A stretch of 32,000 nt of DNA from Dickeya solani IPO 2222 (GTDB taxonomy: Bacteria; Pseudomonadota; Gammaproteobacteria; Enterobacterales; Enterobacteriaceae), in the NCBI RefSeq assembly GCF_001644705.1, contig NZ_CP015137.1, positions 750,001-782,000 on the forward strand, written 5' to 3'. Positions 16,615 through 27,077 of the stretch are shown piece after piece. The first letter of the stretch is position 1, and every line of letters starts with the position of its first letter. The notes beneath the pieces are model-generated. The model ran no database searches, was not told the origin of the DNA, and saw only the letters and a list, made by a program, of their open reading frames with translations. A program made the position numbers and the translations under genes.

Positions 16615-17796
16615 TTAACGGGTAAAGGCGTAAACCTCGCCGTCTTTGGCCTGCACCAGCAGTTTGTCGCTGGCGACCACCGGTTTACTCAGCAAGCCGG
16701 AGCCGTCCACTTTCTGCTGAACCACAAAGCGGCCGTCAGTGGTGTTGACCCAATGCAGATAGCCTTCGCTATCGCCGACCACCAGGTAGCCATTATACAA
16801 CGCCGGCGCCGTCAGATTGCGGTGCAGCAGATCGCCCTGCCGCCAGATAACTACGCCGCCGTTGGTGTTTAGCGCCGTAATACGATCATCCTGATCGACC
16901 AGATAGATACGATCGCCATCGACGATGAAATCATTCACCGAGCCAATTTCGCGTTTCCAGGTAATCTGCCCGGAGCGCAGATCCAGCGCGGTCAGGTTGC
17001 CATTATATCCCAGCGCATACACCACGTTGCCAGCCACGACCGGCGTGGTGTCGACATCGTTCAGGCGGGCAATTTCAGTCGCGCCACCCGGCTGGGAGAT
17101 ACGTTGCTGCCAGATCAACTGACCCTGATTAATCATCACCGCACTGACGCGCCCGTTGTCGCCACCGACAATCGCCGCGCCAAACGCTGCGGTCGGCGCA
17201 GACTCACCGCGCAGCGACAGCGACGGCATATCCAGATTCACGGTCCATTTGATGGTGCCGTCAGACTCGCTAAGCGCCTGCAGCATGCCGTTGCTGGTAT
17301 GAATGATCACCACGCCATCACTGACCACCGGGCTGGACAACACTTCGCCCGCCACTTTGGTCTGCCACTGCAATGCACCGTCGTCAGCGTTCAGGGCGAA
17401 CAGCTGCGCGCGTTCGCTACCGACATAAACATGGTTGCCCGACACGGCCACACCACCCGACAGCAGCGCCGGACGGTTGCTGGACAGCAACCCGGTTTTC
17501 TCCGCCAGATCGACGCGCCATTTCTCTTCGCCGCTATTAAGATCCAGCGCTTTTACCGTACCGTGACGATCGGCCGCATACACGCGGTTGTCCTGCCAGG
17601 TCGGATGAAGGTTGGAGTAGAACTCACCGGTACCGTCTCCAACGGAGCGACTCCAGACTTTGGTGGGGGTAAACTGGTTGGTCACCTGCGGCAGCGGAGA
17701 CATTTTGACTACGTCTTCCTCACGATCAAACAGCGAACAGCCGCTCAGCAGGGTGACGGAAACCAGTCCGACCAAAAGTGTTTTACGCAGTTGCAT
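16615..17796 (-). CDS. bamB: Outer-membrane protein assembly factor BamB (lipoprotein, PQQ-like beta-propeller)
   Basis: 393 aa. Lipobox LLSGC. Repeated beta-propeller blades. Position between yfgM and der. Confidence 0.95.
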   Translation of the reverse strand: MQLRKTLLVGLVSVTLLSGCSLFDREEDVVKMSPLPQVTNQFTPTKVWSRSVGDGTGEFYSNLHPTWQDNRVYAADRHGTVKALDLNSGEEKWRVDLAEKTGLLSSNRPALLSGGVAVSGNHVYVGSERAQLFALNADDGALQWQTKVAGEVLSSPVVSDGVVIIHTSNGMLQALSESDGTIKWTVNLDMPSLSLRGESAPTAAFGAAIVGGDNGRVSAVMINQGQLIWQQRISQPGGATEIARLNDVDTTPVVAGNVVYALGYNGNLTALDLRSGQITWKREIGSVNDFIVDGDRIYLVDQDDRITALNTNGGVVIWRQGDLLHRNLTAPALYNGYLVVGDSEGYLHWVNTTDGRFVVQQKVDGSGLLSKPVVASDKLLVQAKDGEVYAFTR

Positions 17797-17806
17797 GAAG
17801 TCCCTC

Positions 17807-18427
17807 TTAGCTGGGCAGATTGTTCAGTTTGATACGCAACAGGGATTGCAGCCCCTGAGAAGGTTTCGCCGCCATGCCCTTGCTGTAGGCATCACGCGCG
17901 CCCTGATTGTCGCCTTTGCTCGCCAGTACGTCACCGCGAACATCAGCCACCATCGCTGCCCAGCCTTCCAGCTTGATGGCATCGAGCGTTTTCAACGCAT
18001 CATCCGGCTTCTTCTGCTGCAACAGTACGCGAGCCAGGCGCAAATTGATCAGTACCTGCAAATCGCCATCTTTGGTCTGGCTCAATGCCTGACGGAGCTG
18101 CTGCTCGGCTTTGGCGATATCATTTTTTTCAACGAACTGGTGCGCCAGCGCCAGTGAAGCCAGCGCGCTGTAATTGCCATGATCGCCGGTGACAAACTTT
18201 TCAGCGCCGGCGACACCTTCCGGCGTACCGGCAGACAGAGATTCGGTCACTTGCTGATAGGCAGCGGAAGCCGCCATCGCGTTACTTTCCTGATGGTTTT
18301 GCCAGAAACGCCAGCCGACCAGGGCGCCGATACCCAGCACCACACCGATAGCCAACGCCTTGCCATTCTCGATAAAGAAGCGGCGAATCGCCTCAACTTG
18401 TTCGTTTTCAGTGCTATAGACTTCCAC
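17807..18427 (-). CDS. yfgM: Ancillary SecYEG translocon subunit YfgM (TPR-like membrane protein)
   Basis: 206 aa. GTG start with AAGGAG upstream. N-terminus MEVYSTENEQVEAIRRFFIENGKAL parallels E. coli YfgM. Single TM segment. Confidence 0.9.
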   Translation of the reverse strand: MEVYSTENEQVEAIRRFFIENGKALAIGVVLGIGALVGWRFWQNHQESNAMAASAAYQQVTESLSAGTPEGVAGAEKFVTGDHGNYSALASLALAHQFVEKNDIAKAEQQLRQALSQTKDGDLQVLINLRLARVLLQQKKPDDALKTLDAIKLEGWAAMVADVRGDVLASKGDNQGARDAYSKGMAAKPSQGLQSLLRIKLNNLPS

Positions 18428-18440
18428 GCTGCCTTTCTCC

Positions 18441-19715
18441 TTAATTCAGTAACGCCGCCAGACGCGCCGCCACATCCGCCTGAGCCAGGGTTTCCTGCTC
18501 GCCGCTGGTCAGGTTTTTCACCACCACCTGCCCGGCAGCCACTTCGGTTTCACCCAGCACCAGCGCAACCCGCGCCCCGCTCTTGTCCGCGCGGGCAAAC
18601 TGTTTCTTGAAATTACCGCCGCCGTAGTTGGTCATCAGCGTCAACTGCGGCAGTGCGTCGCGCACTTTTTCCGCCAGCTGAATCGCCGCATGTTGCGTGC
18701 CGGCACCGGATGAAATCAGGTACGCGTCTACGCCAGGCTGCGCCGCGAACGCCGGATTGACGGTCTGCACCAACAGCACCAGACGTTCCAGCCCCATGGC
18801 AAAACCCACCGCCGGCGTACTGGAGCCGCCAAGCTGCTCGACCATGCCGTCATAACGACCGCCGCCACACACCGTCCCCTGAGAGCCCAGACTGCTGGTA
18901 ACCCATTCGAAAACGGTACGGTTGTAATAGTCCAACCCGCGAACCAGCCGCGGATTGACCTTATATGGGATGCCGGACTGGGTTAAAAGTTCACACAATT
19001 CATCGAAATGCGCGCGCGAGTCGTCATCCAGATAATCGGTCAGCACCGGCGCGTTATCCAGCAACGCCTGTACTTGGGCATTCTTGGAGTCGAGCACACG
19101 CAGCGGATTGGTATACATACGGCGCAGACAGTCTTCATCCAGCTGATCTTTGTGCGCTTCCAGGAAGGCAATCAGCGCTTCGCGGTAGCGGGCGCGGGCG
19201 TCCAAAGAGCCGATCGAGTTCAGTTCCAGACTGACGTGCTGATCGATCCCCAACACACGCCACCAGCGGGCGGTCATCAGAATCATTTCTGCATCCACAT
19301 CCGGTCCTTTCAGACCAAACACTTCGCACCCCAGCTGATGGAACTGGCGATAACGCCCTTTCTGCGGACGCTCGTGGCGGAACATCGGGCCGATATACCA
19401 CAGGCGCTGCTCCTGATTGTACAGAATGCCGTGTTCGATACCGGCGCGGACGCACCCTGCCGTGCCTTCGGGACGCAACGTCAGGCTGTCGCCGTTGCGG
19501 TCCTCAAAGGTGTACATTTCCTTTTCAACCACATCGGTTACTTCGCCGATCGCACGTTTGAACAGCGAGGTCTGCTCGACGATAGGCATACGGATTTCGC
19601 TATAGCCGTACCCGCGTAGTACCTGTTTCAGGCTGTCTTCAATACGCTGCCACAGTGCCGTTTCGGCTGGCAGGTAGTCGTTCATACCACGGATGGCTTG
19701 AATATTCTTTGCCAC
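18441..19715 (-). CDS. hisS: Histidine--tRNA ligase
   Basis: 424 aa, same length as E. coli HisS. GTG start. [17 protein letters not shown]-terminus and class-II aaRS motifs. Confidence 0.97.
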   Translation of the reverse strand: MAKNIQAIRGMNDYLPAETALWQRIEDSLKQVLRGYGYSEIRMPIVEQTSLFKRAIGEVTDVVEKEMYTFEDRNGDSLTLRPEGTAGCVRAGIEHGILYNQEQRLWYIGPMFRHERPQKGRYRQFHQLGCEVFGLKGPDVDAEMILMTARWWRVLGIDQHVSLELNSIGSLDARARYREALIAFLEAHKDQLDEDCLRRMYTNPLRVLDSKNAQVQALLDNAPVLTDYLDDDSRAHFDELCELLTQSGIPYKVNPRLVRGLDYYNRTVFEWVTSSLGSQGTVCGGGRYDGMVEQLGGSSTPAVGFAMGLERLVLLVQTVNPAFAAQPGVDAYLISSGAGTQHAAIQLAEKVRDALPQLTLMTNYGGGNFKKQFARADKSGARVALVLGETEVAAGQVVVKNLTSGEQETLAQADVAARLAALLN

Positions 19716-19768
19716 GTCAGTTCTCTATGCGTTTTCAGAAATTAATGCGCTTTTAAAAAATAGACCCG

Positions 19769-19798
19769 ATTATAGGAGCAACGACGCAATGTCTTCAA
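19769..19798 (-). promoter_or_regulatory. Putative sigma-70 promoter for hisS
   Basis: Minus strand: TTGAAG (19793-19798), 18 nt, TATAAT (19769-19774), about 55 nt upstream of the hisS GTG. In the ispG-hisS spacer where E. coli carries sroE (recalled); I did not recognise the sRNA itself. Confidence 0.45.
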
Positions 19799-19866
19799 TG
19801 TCGCTGCCGCTATCATCGGGCGCTTCAATTCAGGAATTCGTGCCGGATCGCATTCGGACAGGCGGA

Positions 19867-20988
19867 TCACTTGTCCACCATATTGACGGCGATACGCTGT
19901 GTTTCATCCAGCATAGACGCCTTGGCGCGGATCCTGGCTTCCAGTTGATCGATCATATTGTCGTTGTCAAAACGCTCTTTCTGGCGGACACCGTCTTCGT
20001 AAAAACCGCTTTTCTTGTTACCGCCGGTCACGCCCAGCGTCGATACCAGCGCTTCACCCGGACCGTTAACCACGCAACCGATGATCGAGATATCCATCGG
20101 CGTGATGATGTCTTCCAGCCGCTGTTCCAGCGCGTTCACCGTGCCGATCACGTCGAACTCCTGACGGGAGCAGGTCGGGCAGGCAATGAAGTTGATGCCG
20201 CGGGAACGGATACGCAGAGACTTGAGAATATCGAAGCCGACCTTGACCTCTTCTATCGGATCGGCCGCCAGCGAAACACGCAGCGTATCGCCGATGCCTT
20301 CAGAAAGCAGCAACCCCAGGCCGATGGCGGATTTCACCGCGCCGCTGCGCGCGCCGCCCGCTTCGGTGATCCCAAGATGCAACGGCTGATCGATACGGGA
20401 CGCCAGCAAGCGGTAGGATTGCACCGCCAGGAACACGTCCGACGCTTTGACGCTGACCTTGAACGTATGGAAATTGAGGCGATCGAGAATATCCACATGG
20501 CGCATGGCGGATTCCAGCAACGCTTCCGGCGTGGGTTCGCCGTACTTTTCCTGCAGATCCTTTTCCAGCGAACCGGCGTTAACGCCAATGCGGATCGGAA
20601 TATTTTTATCGCGCGCACAGTCCACCACCGAACGGATACGCTCTTCGCTACCGATATTGCCGGGGTTGATGCGCAGGCAATCGACTCCGTATTCCGCCAC
20701 TTTCAGCGCGATACGGTAGTCAAAATGGATATCCGCCACCAGCGGCACGTCCACCTGCTGTTTAATCAGACGAAATGCTTCGGCGGCGTCCATGGTCGGC
20801 ACCGAGACGCGCACGATGTCTACACCAACCCTTTCCAACGACTTGATCTGCCTGACCGTGGCATCGACATCAGTAGTGCGGGTATTGGTCATCGACTGCA
20901 CTGCAATCGGCGCGCCATCACCGACAGGCACCTTGCCGACGTAAATCCGGGTTGATTTGCGGCGGTTTATGGGTGCAGGACTATGCAT
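19867..20988 (-). CDS. ispG: 4-hydroxy-3-methylbut-2-en-1-yl diphosphate synthase (flavodoxin)
   Basis: 373 aa. Near-colinear with E. coli IspG ([41 protein letters not shown]). Confidence 0.97.
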   Translation of the reverse strand: MHSPAPINRRKSTRIYVGKVPVGDGAPIAVQSMTNTRTTDVDATVRQIKSLERVGVDIVRVSVPTMDAAEAFRLIKQQVDVPLVADIHFDYRIALKVAEYGVDCLRINPGNIGSEERIRSVVDCARDKNIPIRIGVNAGSLEKDLQEKYGEPTPEALLESAMRHVDILDRLNFHTFKVSVKASDVFLAVQSYRLLASRIDQPLHLGITEAGGARSGAVKSAIGLGLLLSEGIGDTLRVSLAADPIEEVKVGFDILKSLRIRSRGINFIACPTCSRQEFDVIGTVNALEQRLEDIITPMDISIIGCVVNGPGEALVSTLGVTGGNKKSGFYEDGVRQKERFDNDNMIDQLEARIRAKASMLDETQRIAVNMVDK

Positions 20989-21024
20989 GACTTCTTCTCC
21001 ACAATTGCCAGTGCGACGGCACGA

Positions 21025-22032
21025 TTACTGAGCCGTCAGCGTAATACGAGCGACCTGATGGCTTTTGACAAACCGGCTCAAATCCACCGGCTTGCCCTGA
21101 AACTCGACCTGCACCGCGCCCGGCGCACCGATTTTTAACCGGTACGGCGCCTGGCCGGTCAGATTCAGCACATTGCCGTTACGCTGTACGCCGCTGAACA
21201 GTTTCTTGCCGGCGGCGTCAACCACTTCCAGCCAGCAGTCCGACGTAAAGCGAATCACGATAGCACCCGGCGCGCCAGAAGCATCAGCCGCGGGCGCAGC
21301 ACTGGCCGGCGCGGTGGCCGACTGATTCAGCAACGGCTGCTCTGAAACCTGTGCCGGAGTATGAGAAACCGCGCTGGCAGCAGCAGATGCGTTAGTTGTC
21401 GGGGCGACCGGCGTAGAAACAGCAGGCTGTGACGACGCGGCGGCTGGCGGATTAAGTACGATAGGCTGCCCGTTGCCGGACGGCGCGCCCGCAACGCTTT
21501 CATCGTTATCCACCGGTTCCGGGTCGCTGTTCACATCGGCGGCCTGCCCGTCTTTGCGATTCTGGGAAGCGTTGGCGTGGTCCACCATCGAATTGATTTC
21601 CCGCTGCTGCGCCTGATGATTCTGCCACCACCAGGCCACCGTCAGGCCCAGTACGCCAAGCAAAATCAACCAGGTGAACAGCATCAACCAACCATCGCGC
21701 TTCTTGCGGCTTTTGCCCAACGCCAGGCTCTGCATCGGCGCCACATTGGAGACGCGACTCGGCACGACCTGTTTTTCCAGCATCGGCAACAATTCGTCTT
21801 CAGGGAGGTGAACCAGTCGTGCATAAGAACGGATATAACCGCGCAGGAAGGTAGGGGCAAGGCCGGCGGGCGTATTGTTGTCTTCTATTTCGCGAACGGT
21901 AGACACTTTCAGGCACAACCGTTCTGCAACAACCTGTTGCGCCAGTCCCAACCGCTCACGCGCCTCACGCAAACGTTCGCCAGGGGTCATTATCGTTGCT
22001 GTAGTATTATCTTGAGTGGCTTCAGTATTCAT
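21025..22032 (-). CDS. rodZ: Cytoskeleton protein RodZ
   Basis: 335 aa. N-terminal HTH ([32 protein letters not shown]), TM segment, Pro/Ala/Ser-rich linker, conserved C-terminal domain (FTSDCWLEV...[18 protein letters not shown]). Confidence 0.95.
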   Translation of the reverse strand: MNTEATQDNTTATIMTPGERLREARERLGLAQQVVAERLCLKVSTVREIEDNNTPAGLAPTFLRGYIRSYARLVHLPEDELLPMLEKQVVPSRVSNVAPMQSLALGKSRKKRDGWLMLFTWLILLGVLGLTVAWWWQNHQAQQREINSMVDHANASQNRKDGQAADVNSDPEPVDNDESVAGAPSGNGQPIVLNPPAAASSQPAVSTPVAPTTNASAAASAVSHTPAQVSEQPLLNQSATAPASAAPAADASGAPGAIVIRFTSDCWLEVVDAAGKKLFSGVQRNGNVLNLTGQAPYRLKIGAPGAVQVEFQGKPVDLSRFVKSHQVARITLTAQ

Positions 22033-22777
22033 TAGCTAAGAACTGCTGGTACTGTTTGGATTGTGGAAAACTTCGCGCCAGCAATCCGCCATAACGTGTT
22101 ACCTCGTCATGATGACCCGCCAGCGCGGCGAAACGAATCTGTAGCCACAGGCTTTCGGCGCTTGCCGTCAGCAATGGCTGGTAAATATTCAGGAGCAATC
22201 GCGCCTGATCATAGCGCCCGGCAGAAAAGCGACTGTTCGCTTCTGCCAGAAGCCGGTTTCCCCTGGCGGGATCGTATCTCAGCGCACGGCTGAGCCACTG
22301 ACTCGCCTCATCCGGCTGGCCGGCGTTGAGGAAACAATATCCCGCGTTCTCAAGTGCATCGGCAACCTGATGGTAATCAGGGAGTTGCGCAGCAGCGGCG
22401 AACTGCCGTTGCGCCGCTACATACTGCCCTAAACCACAGAGAAACGCACCGTAATTATTCATTACGCTGCCGTTAGCGGGCGCCTGCCGCAGCAAGCGAC
22501 GATAACGTGTCTCAGCGGCCTGATTCTCGCCGATGCGTTGCTCGTACAACGCCATTCCCAACTGGGTCCGGTAATCATCGGGCGCGAGTTGTTCCGCTTT
22601 TTGCAGATTGTCGCGCGCGGCGTCAAGATTATTACGAGCCAGATACTCCAGCCCCAGTTGCAACCGCGTCTGCGCCGCCGCAGGACTCACCTGTTTCGAC
22701 GGCGTTTGCGCACATCCGGCCAGCAGTCCCATGCCAGCGGCCAGCGCCACGGCTTTACCCAGAAACATCGGTTTCAT
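22022..22777 (-). CDS. pilW: TPR-repeat lipoprotein, type IV pilus biogenesis/stability protein PilW (PilF)-like
   Basis: Start placed at ATG 22777 (GAGGAG 8 nt upstream), 251 aa. Lipobox LLAGC. TPR repeats throughout. The stop overlaps the rodZ start by 11 nt (ATGAATACTGA). Confidence 0.8.
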   Translation of the reverse strand: MKPMFLGKAVALAAGMGLLAGCAQTPSKQVSPAAAQTRLQLGLEYLARNNLDAARDNLQKAEQLAPDDYRTQLGMALYEQRIGENQAAETRYRRLLRQAPANGSVMNNYGAFLCGLGQYVAAQRQFAAAAQLPDYHQVADALENAGYCFLNAGQPDEASQWLSRALRYDPARGNRLLAEANSRFSAGRYDQARLLLNIYQPLLTASAESLWLQIRFAALAGHHDEVTRYGGLLARSFPQSKQYQQFLANEY

Positions 22778-22937
22778 CCCTGACACTCCTCTCGCTAGCC
22801 ATCCTGGCTCGTCGAATCCGTGACATGTTACCGCAATCTGTTGTCTGTGACAGCCCGCCGCCGATGGCGGCCTGTCCTGTGCGGTGGTAGGTCATCAATG
22901 ACCATACCGTATGATAAGCCCCGAAAACGCATTTATC

Positions 22938-22961
22938 ACCTGCTTTCCTGAGAAGGCAGGT
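22938..22961 (-). terminator. Weak hairpin after rlmN
   Basis: Minus strand: ACCTGCCTTC-tcag-GAAAGCAGGT (one mismatch), with GTTTTCGG only 9 nt later. Poor U-tract, so low confidence. Confidence 0.3.
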
Positions 22962-22977
22962 TGATTTGACATCATTT

Positions 22978-24156
22978 TCAGACGGTTTTTACCGCAATCG
23001 TGTCGCGTTGCATCTTTTTCTTCAACGTACGCTTGGTGCGATCCACCACTTCTCCAGCCAACTGACCGCAAGCGGCATCGATATCATCGCCGCGGGTTTT
23101 ACGCACGATAGTAGTGAAACCGTACTCCATCAGCACCTTGGAAAAGCGATCGACACGACTGTTAGAACTGCGGCCGTAAGGTGCGCCGGGGAACGGGTTC
23201 CAGGGAATCAGGTTGATCTTGCATGGCGTGTCTTTCAGGCACTCAGCCAGTTGGTGGGCATGCTCAGTACCGTCGTTGATGTGATCCAACATCACGTATT
23301 CCACGGTCACACGCCCCTGATTGGCGTTGGATTTCTCCAGATAACGGCGCACAGCGGACAGGAAGGTTTCAATATCATACTTTTTGTTGATCGGCATGAT
23401 TTCGTTACGGATTTCATCGGTCGGCGCATGCAGGGAAATCGCCAGCGCCACGTCGATCATGTCGCCGAGTTTATCCAGCGCCGGCACCACGCCGGAAGTC
23501 GACAGCGTAACGCGGCGTTTAGACAGGCCGAAACCAAAATCATCCAGCATGATTTCCATCGCCGGCACCACATTGGTCAGGTTCAGCAGCGGCTCGCCCA
23601 TCCCCATCATCACTACGTTGGTGATCGGGCGCTGACCGGTCACTCTGGCGGCGCCGATAATTTTCGCCGCGCGCCATACCTGCCCGATAATTTCGGATAC
23701 GCGCAGGTTGCGGTTGAAGCCCTGCTGCGCCGTAGAACAGAATTTGCACTCCAGCGCGCAGCCGACCTGCGAGGAGACGCACAGCGTGGCGCGGTCTTCT
23801 TCCGGAATGTACACCGTCTCCACTCGCTGGCCGTCAACCAGAATCGCCCACTTGATAGTGCCATCGGAAGAGCGTTGTTCGTCCACCACCTCGGGCGCCC
23901 GAATTTCCGCGATCGCCTGCAGCTTGCCGCGTAGCACCTTATTAATGTCAGTCATCTGGTTAAAATCATCACAGCAGTAATGATACATCCATTTCATGAC
24001 CTGATCGGCGCGGAACGGCTTTTCACCCAGCTCGGCGAAAAAAGCGCGCATTTGCTGACGGTTGAAATCCAGCAGGTTGATTTTTTCATTGCTGTTGGCG
24101 GCAACGGCGATAACGTCAGACACAGCGACGACGGGAGATACGGTTTGCTCAGACAT
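22978..24156 (-). CDS. rlmN: 23S rRNA m2A2503 / tRNA m2A37 methyltransferase (radical SAM)
   Basis: Start at ATG 24156 (MSEQTVSP..., parallels the E. coli RlmN MSEQLVTP). ATG 24168 is an alternative. CALECKFC radical-SAM cluster motif. The track ORF's 35-codon TTG extension crosses the ndk terminator hairpin and is rejected. Confidence 0.93.
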   Translation of the reverse strand: MSEQTVSPVVAVSDVIAVAANSNEKINLLDFNRQQMRAFFAELGEKPFRADQVMKWMYHYCCDDFNQMTDINKVLRGKLQAIAEIRAPEVVDEQRSSDGTIKWAILVDGQRVETVYIPEEDRATLCVSSQVGCALECKFCSTAQQGFNRNLRVSEIIGQVWRAAKIIGAARVTGQRPITNVVMMGMGEPLLNLTNVVPAMEIMLDDFGFGLSKRRVTLSTSGVVPALDKLGDMIDVALAISLHAPTDEIRNEIMPINKKYDIETFLSAVRRYLEKSNANQGRVTVEYVMLDHINDGTEHAHQLAECLKDTPCKINLIPWNPFPGAPYGRSSNSRVDRFSKVLMEYGFTTIVRKTRGDDIDAACGQLAGEVVDRTKRTLKKKMQRDTIAVKTV

Positions 24157-24204
24157 AAATTGACTCATGGCCTCGTTGTTACACGTTATGGCGCGAAAGG
24201 GAAA

Positions 24205-24248
24205 CGGATAAAGAAACGCCCCGGATGAGCGCGTGCTCATCCGGGGCG
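24205..24248 (-). terminator. Intrinsic terminator after ndk
   Basis: Perfect 14-bp stem CGCCCCGGATGAGC / GCTCATCCGGGGCG (24217-24230 and 24235-24248) with a 4-nt loop. On the minus strand it is followed by TTTCTTTATCC. Confidence 0.8.
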
Positions 24249-24325
24249 CGGCATTGTACAAATTTTATAACACCCGCGCTACCTCAGCCGCATTTTTTAC
24301 CGGAGCAGGCGGTGTTTCGCCAGAA

Positions 24326-24757
24326 TTAGCGGGTACGCGGGAAAACTTCATCCGCGCTAAAGAAATAAGCGATTTCACGCTCGGCAGATTCCACAGAATC
24401 AGAGCCGTGCACCGCATTGGCTGTGAAGCTGTCGGCGTAATCCGCACGCAGCGTGCCAGCCAGTGCGTTGGCCGGATTGGTCGCGCCCATGATATCGCGG
24501 TTACGCTGCACCGCGTTTTCGGCCTGCAGTACCTGAACCATGATCGGACCGGAAGTCATGAAATCCACCAGACCGTCAAAGAACGGTTTGCCCTGGTGCT
24601 CGGCGTAGAAACCTTCCGCCTGCTCACGGCTCAGATGCAGCATTTTAGAAGCGATAATAGTGAAACCCGCGCTTTCGAAACGGGCGTAAATCGCGCCGAT
24701 TGCGTTTTTGGCAACTGCGTTCGGTTTGATAATAGAGAAGGTACGTTCTACCGTCAT
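24326..24757 (-). CDS. ndk: Nucleoside diphosphate kinase
   Basis: Start at ATG 24757 ([15 protein letters not shown]), 143 aa as in E. coli Ndk. Active-site NAVHGSDS. Confidence 0.97.
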   Translation of the reverse strand: MTVERTFSIIKPNAVAKNAIGAIYARFESAGFTIIASKMLHLSREQAEGFYAEHQGKPFFDGLVDFMTSGPIMVQVLQAENAVQRNRDIMGATNPANALAGTLRADYADSFTANAVHGSDSVESAEREIAYFFSADEVFPRTR

Positions 24758-24796
24758 ATTGGCCTCATCCAACAACATTATTCAGTAACAGCCGGT

Positions 24797-24923
24797 TATA
24801 CCCTAAATAATTCGAGTTGCAGGAAGGCGGCGACGCAGCGAATCCCTGGGAGCTTACATAAGTAAGTGACCGGGGTGAGCGAGGAAAGCCAACGCATCTG
24901 CAACGTGAAGTATGACGGGTATA
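24797..24923 (+). repeat. ERIC element, copy 2
   Basis: 127 bp bounded by TATACCC...GGGTATA. Contains AAGTAAGTGACCGGGGTGAGCG (one mismatch to the ERIC2 primer as recalled) and CCTGGGAGCTTACAT. Confidence 0.9.
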
Positions 24924-25166
24924 GATAAAATTATAATACCAGCCAGTGCAAAGTGGCGCAGATTATAGAGGCACCGCCATGACTTTCCCATCGGGAAAAT
25001 AACATTTTCGTAAAAAAAATTTATCCTGATTACCCCTACGTATATAACAGGATTGATCCGGGCAGCGCGCCAACGTCGGACCTGTTGCCCAAAGCCAAAA
25101 AATTCCAGACAATGCAGTATCTTGTATCATTCCGGGCCGAAGAACCGGCTCACACGGGGAGGTTTT

Positions 25167-26021
25167 ATGTCCACATCCGCCGCTGGACTGTTTGTTAGCG
25201 CGTCCTGGCTGAACGCCCATCGCCACAATGCTGATATCGCCCTGATTGACGCCCGCATGTTGCCGCCGGGCAATGATACGCGCGATATCGCTGCCGAATA
25301 CCGGGCGGCGCACCTGCCGGGCGCCGTATTTTTCGATATCGAATCGCTTTCCGACCACCAGACCCCGCTGCCGCACATGATGCCAGACATCGCTGCCTTT
25401 GCCGACGCACTGGGCAAACTGGGGCTGAACGAACAGCAGCATCTGGTAATTTACGACGAGGGCAACCTGTTTTCCGCACCGCGCGCCTGGTGGATGCTGC
25501 GGCTGACGGGCGCTTCGCGCCTCTCGATCCTCAGTGGTGGACTGGCGGGTTGGAAACAGCAGGGGTTGCCGCTGGAACAGGGCGACGTCTCGCCGGTCGC
25601 CAGGGTGTTTCACGCCCGGACGCCCGCCGCCGGCGCGATTCGTTCGCTGGATGACGTGCTGGCCCTGTGTCGCAGCGGCGACGAACAGATTGTTGATGCC
25701 CGTCCCACGCCCCGTTTTCTCGGCGAGGTGGACGAACCGCGGCCGGGGCTACGCCGCGGTCACATTCCGGGGAGTTTTAACGTACCGTGGAGTGTGCTGG
25801 TTGAAGACGGCGCGCTGAAACCGGCGGATGAACTGGCTGCTATCTTTCACCAGGCCGGCGTCGACATTCAACGCCCGATTGTCGCCAGTTGCGGTTCCGG
25901 CGTGACGGCATCGGTGGTGATGCTGGCGCTGTTTGCGCTCAATGCGCCGCAGGTCTCGCTCTACGACGGTTCGTGGAGCGAATGGGGCGCGCGCGACGAT
26001 GTGCCTGTCGTCACCGGGTGA
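25167..26021 (+). CDS. sseA: 3-mercaptopyruvate sulfurtransferase (tandem rhodanese)
   Basis: Start at ATG 25167 (GGGGAGG upstream), 284 aa. Active-site loop CGSGVTA. The track ORF is 38 codons longer. Confidence 0.93.
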   Translation: MSTSAAGLFVSASWLNAHRHNADIALIDARMLPPGNDTRDIAAEYRAAHLPGAVFFDIESLSDHQTPLPHMMPDIAAFADALGKLGLNEQQHLVIYDEGNLFSAPRAWWMLRLTGASRLSILSGGLAGWKQQGLPLEQGDVSPVARVFHARTPAAGAIRSLDDVLALCRSGDEQIVDARPTPRFLGEVDEPRPGLRRGHIPGSFNVPWSVLVEDGALKPADELAAIFHQAGVDIQRPIVASCGSGVTASVVMLALFALNAPQVSLYDGSWSEWGARDDVPVVTG

Positions 26022-26069
26022 TTCGTCAACAATCACCACCTCTCCATGAGGTGGTTTAAGTCTGACAAT

Positions 26070-26110
26070 AAAAAAACGGCACAGGGCAAATCCGCCCGTG
26101 CCGTTTTTTA
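26070..26110. terminator. Bidirectional intrinsic terminator between sseA and sseB
   Basis: ACGGCACAGGGC-aaatcc-GCCCGTGCCGT (one bulge), flanked by an A-run on the left and a T-run on the right. Confidence 0.8.
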
Positions 26111-26139
26111 TTCGTTTCGCTCATCGTTTAACCGCGGAG

Positions 26140-26937
26140 CTATGCCTGACCGCTATTCTTGAACTCACGCAGGAAACTGCCCCATTTCCGCTCGTAAAAC
26201 GGCGTGGTATGGCGAATCAGAAAGTGGCTGATGCCGGGTTGTTCATTATTCACCAGACAAAGATCGATCGGGCGGTCATCCGGCTGGGTATCGGTCGCCA
26301 CCGATCCGGCCGCCTGAATCAACGCGTCCAGATCGTCGCCGTCGGCATCTAGCCCGATCAACAGGTGCGGCTGATCTTCATCCGGCTCCTGGATCTGCGC
26401 CAGAAACGCCCGTTTTACGTTACGGTGCTGACTGAACAGTTGGGTCAGAGAATCAATCATCTGCGCCGGCATCTCAGTCGGAATACCGATTTTGAGTTCG
26501 GTGCCGCCATCCAGAACGTGCTGTTGCACCAGACTACTGCCCTCACCGGACAACAGGTGTTCGATCTCCTGCGGCAGAAACTCTTTGCCATACGGCAGTT
26601 TCGGGTTCAGAAACAGCGTCGCACCACGGGTGATATCAAACAGCGTTCTGACCGGCAGCGCCAGAAACGTCTGCTCGTCGGTCACGGCCAGTTGCAGCGC
26701 CTCCAGCGAAGAGAAAAACGGAATGGCGGAATGGCCGTCCGGTTTTTCCCAGTGCTGCAACTGCAGCCCGCTGCCTGCCTGCAGGCTGCCTTCTCCAAAC
26801 GCGTCGTCTTCTTCACTGTGGCCCAGCACATACACCGTGGCCTCCAGCAGTTCGCTGAAAAATTCGGGCCGGTGCGCCGGTTCCGATGCGGCCAGTTTTA
26901 ATACCTCTTCCAGCCGATTGTGGGGTGAAAATTCCAT
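26140..26937 (-). CDS. sseB: Enhanced serine sensitivity protein SseB
   Basis: Start at ATG 26937 (GAGGAG upstream), 265 aa. Position and orientation as in E. coli, and similar size. Assignment rests mainly on synteny plus family resemblance. Confidence 0.85.
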   Translation of the reverse strand: MEFSPHNRLEEVLKLAASEPAHRPEFFSELLEATVYVLGHSEEDDAFGEGSLQAGSGLQLQHWEKPDGHSAIPFFSSLEALQLAVTDEQTFLALPVRTLFDITRGATLFLNPKLPYGKEFLPQEIEHLLSGEGSSLVQQHVLDGGTELKIGIPTEMPAQMIDSLTQLFSQHRNVKRAFLAQIQEPDEDQPHLLIGLDADGDDLDALIQAAGSVATDTQPDDRPIDLCLVNNEQPGISHFLIRHTTPFYERKWGSFLREFKNSGQA

Positions 26938-27010
26938 AACTCTCCTCAACACTCCTCAACACTTAACGCGACCTGATTCTGTCATGCGGCAACAACGCGG
27001 AACGTTAGCG

Positions 27011-27052
27011 GTAAGCATAACGACAACAGGGAACGGATGTTCCCTGTTGTCG
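27011..27052 (-). terminator. Hairpin terminator after pepB
   Basis: Perfect 14-bp stem CGACAACAGGGAAC / GTTCCCTGTTGTCG (27021-27052) with a 4-nt loop. On the minus strand it is followed by TTATGCTTAC (modest U-tract). Confidence 0.6.
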
Positions 27053-27077
27053 CATCATTATTGCTGTGCTGGACGGC

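Noticed and set aside
26022-26139. ryfA/timP-type sRNA-toxin locus expected between sseA and sseB
   Set aside because: The gap is only 118 nt and is filled by a bidirectional terminator, leaving no room for a ~300-nt RNA.
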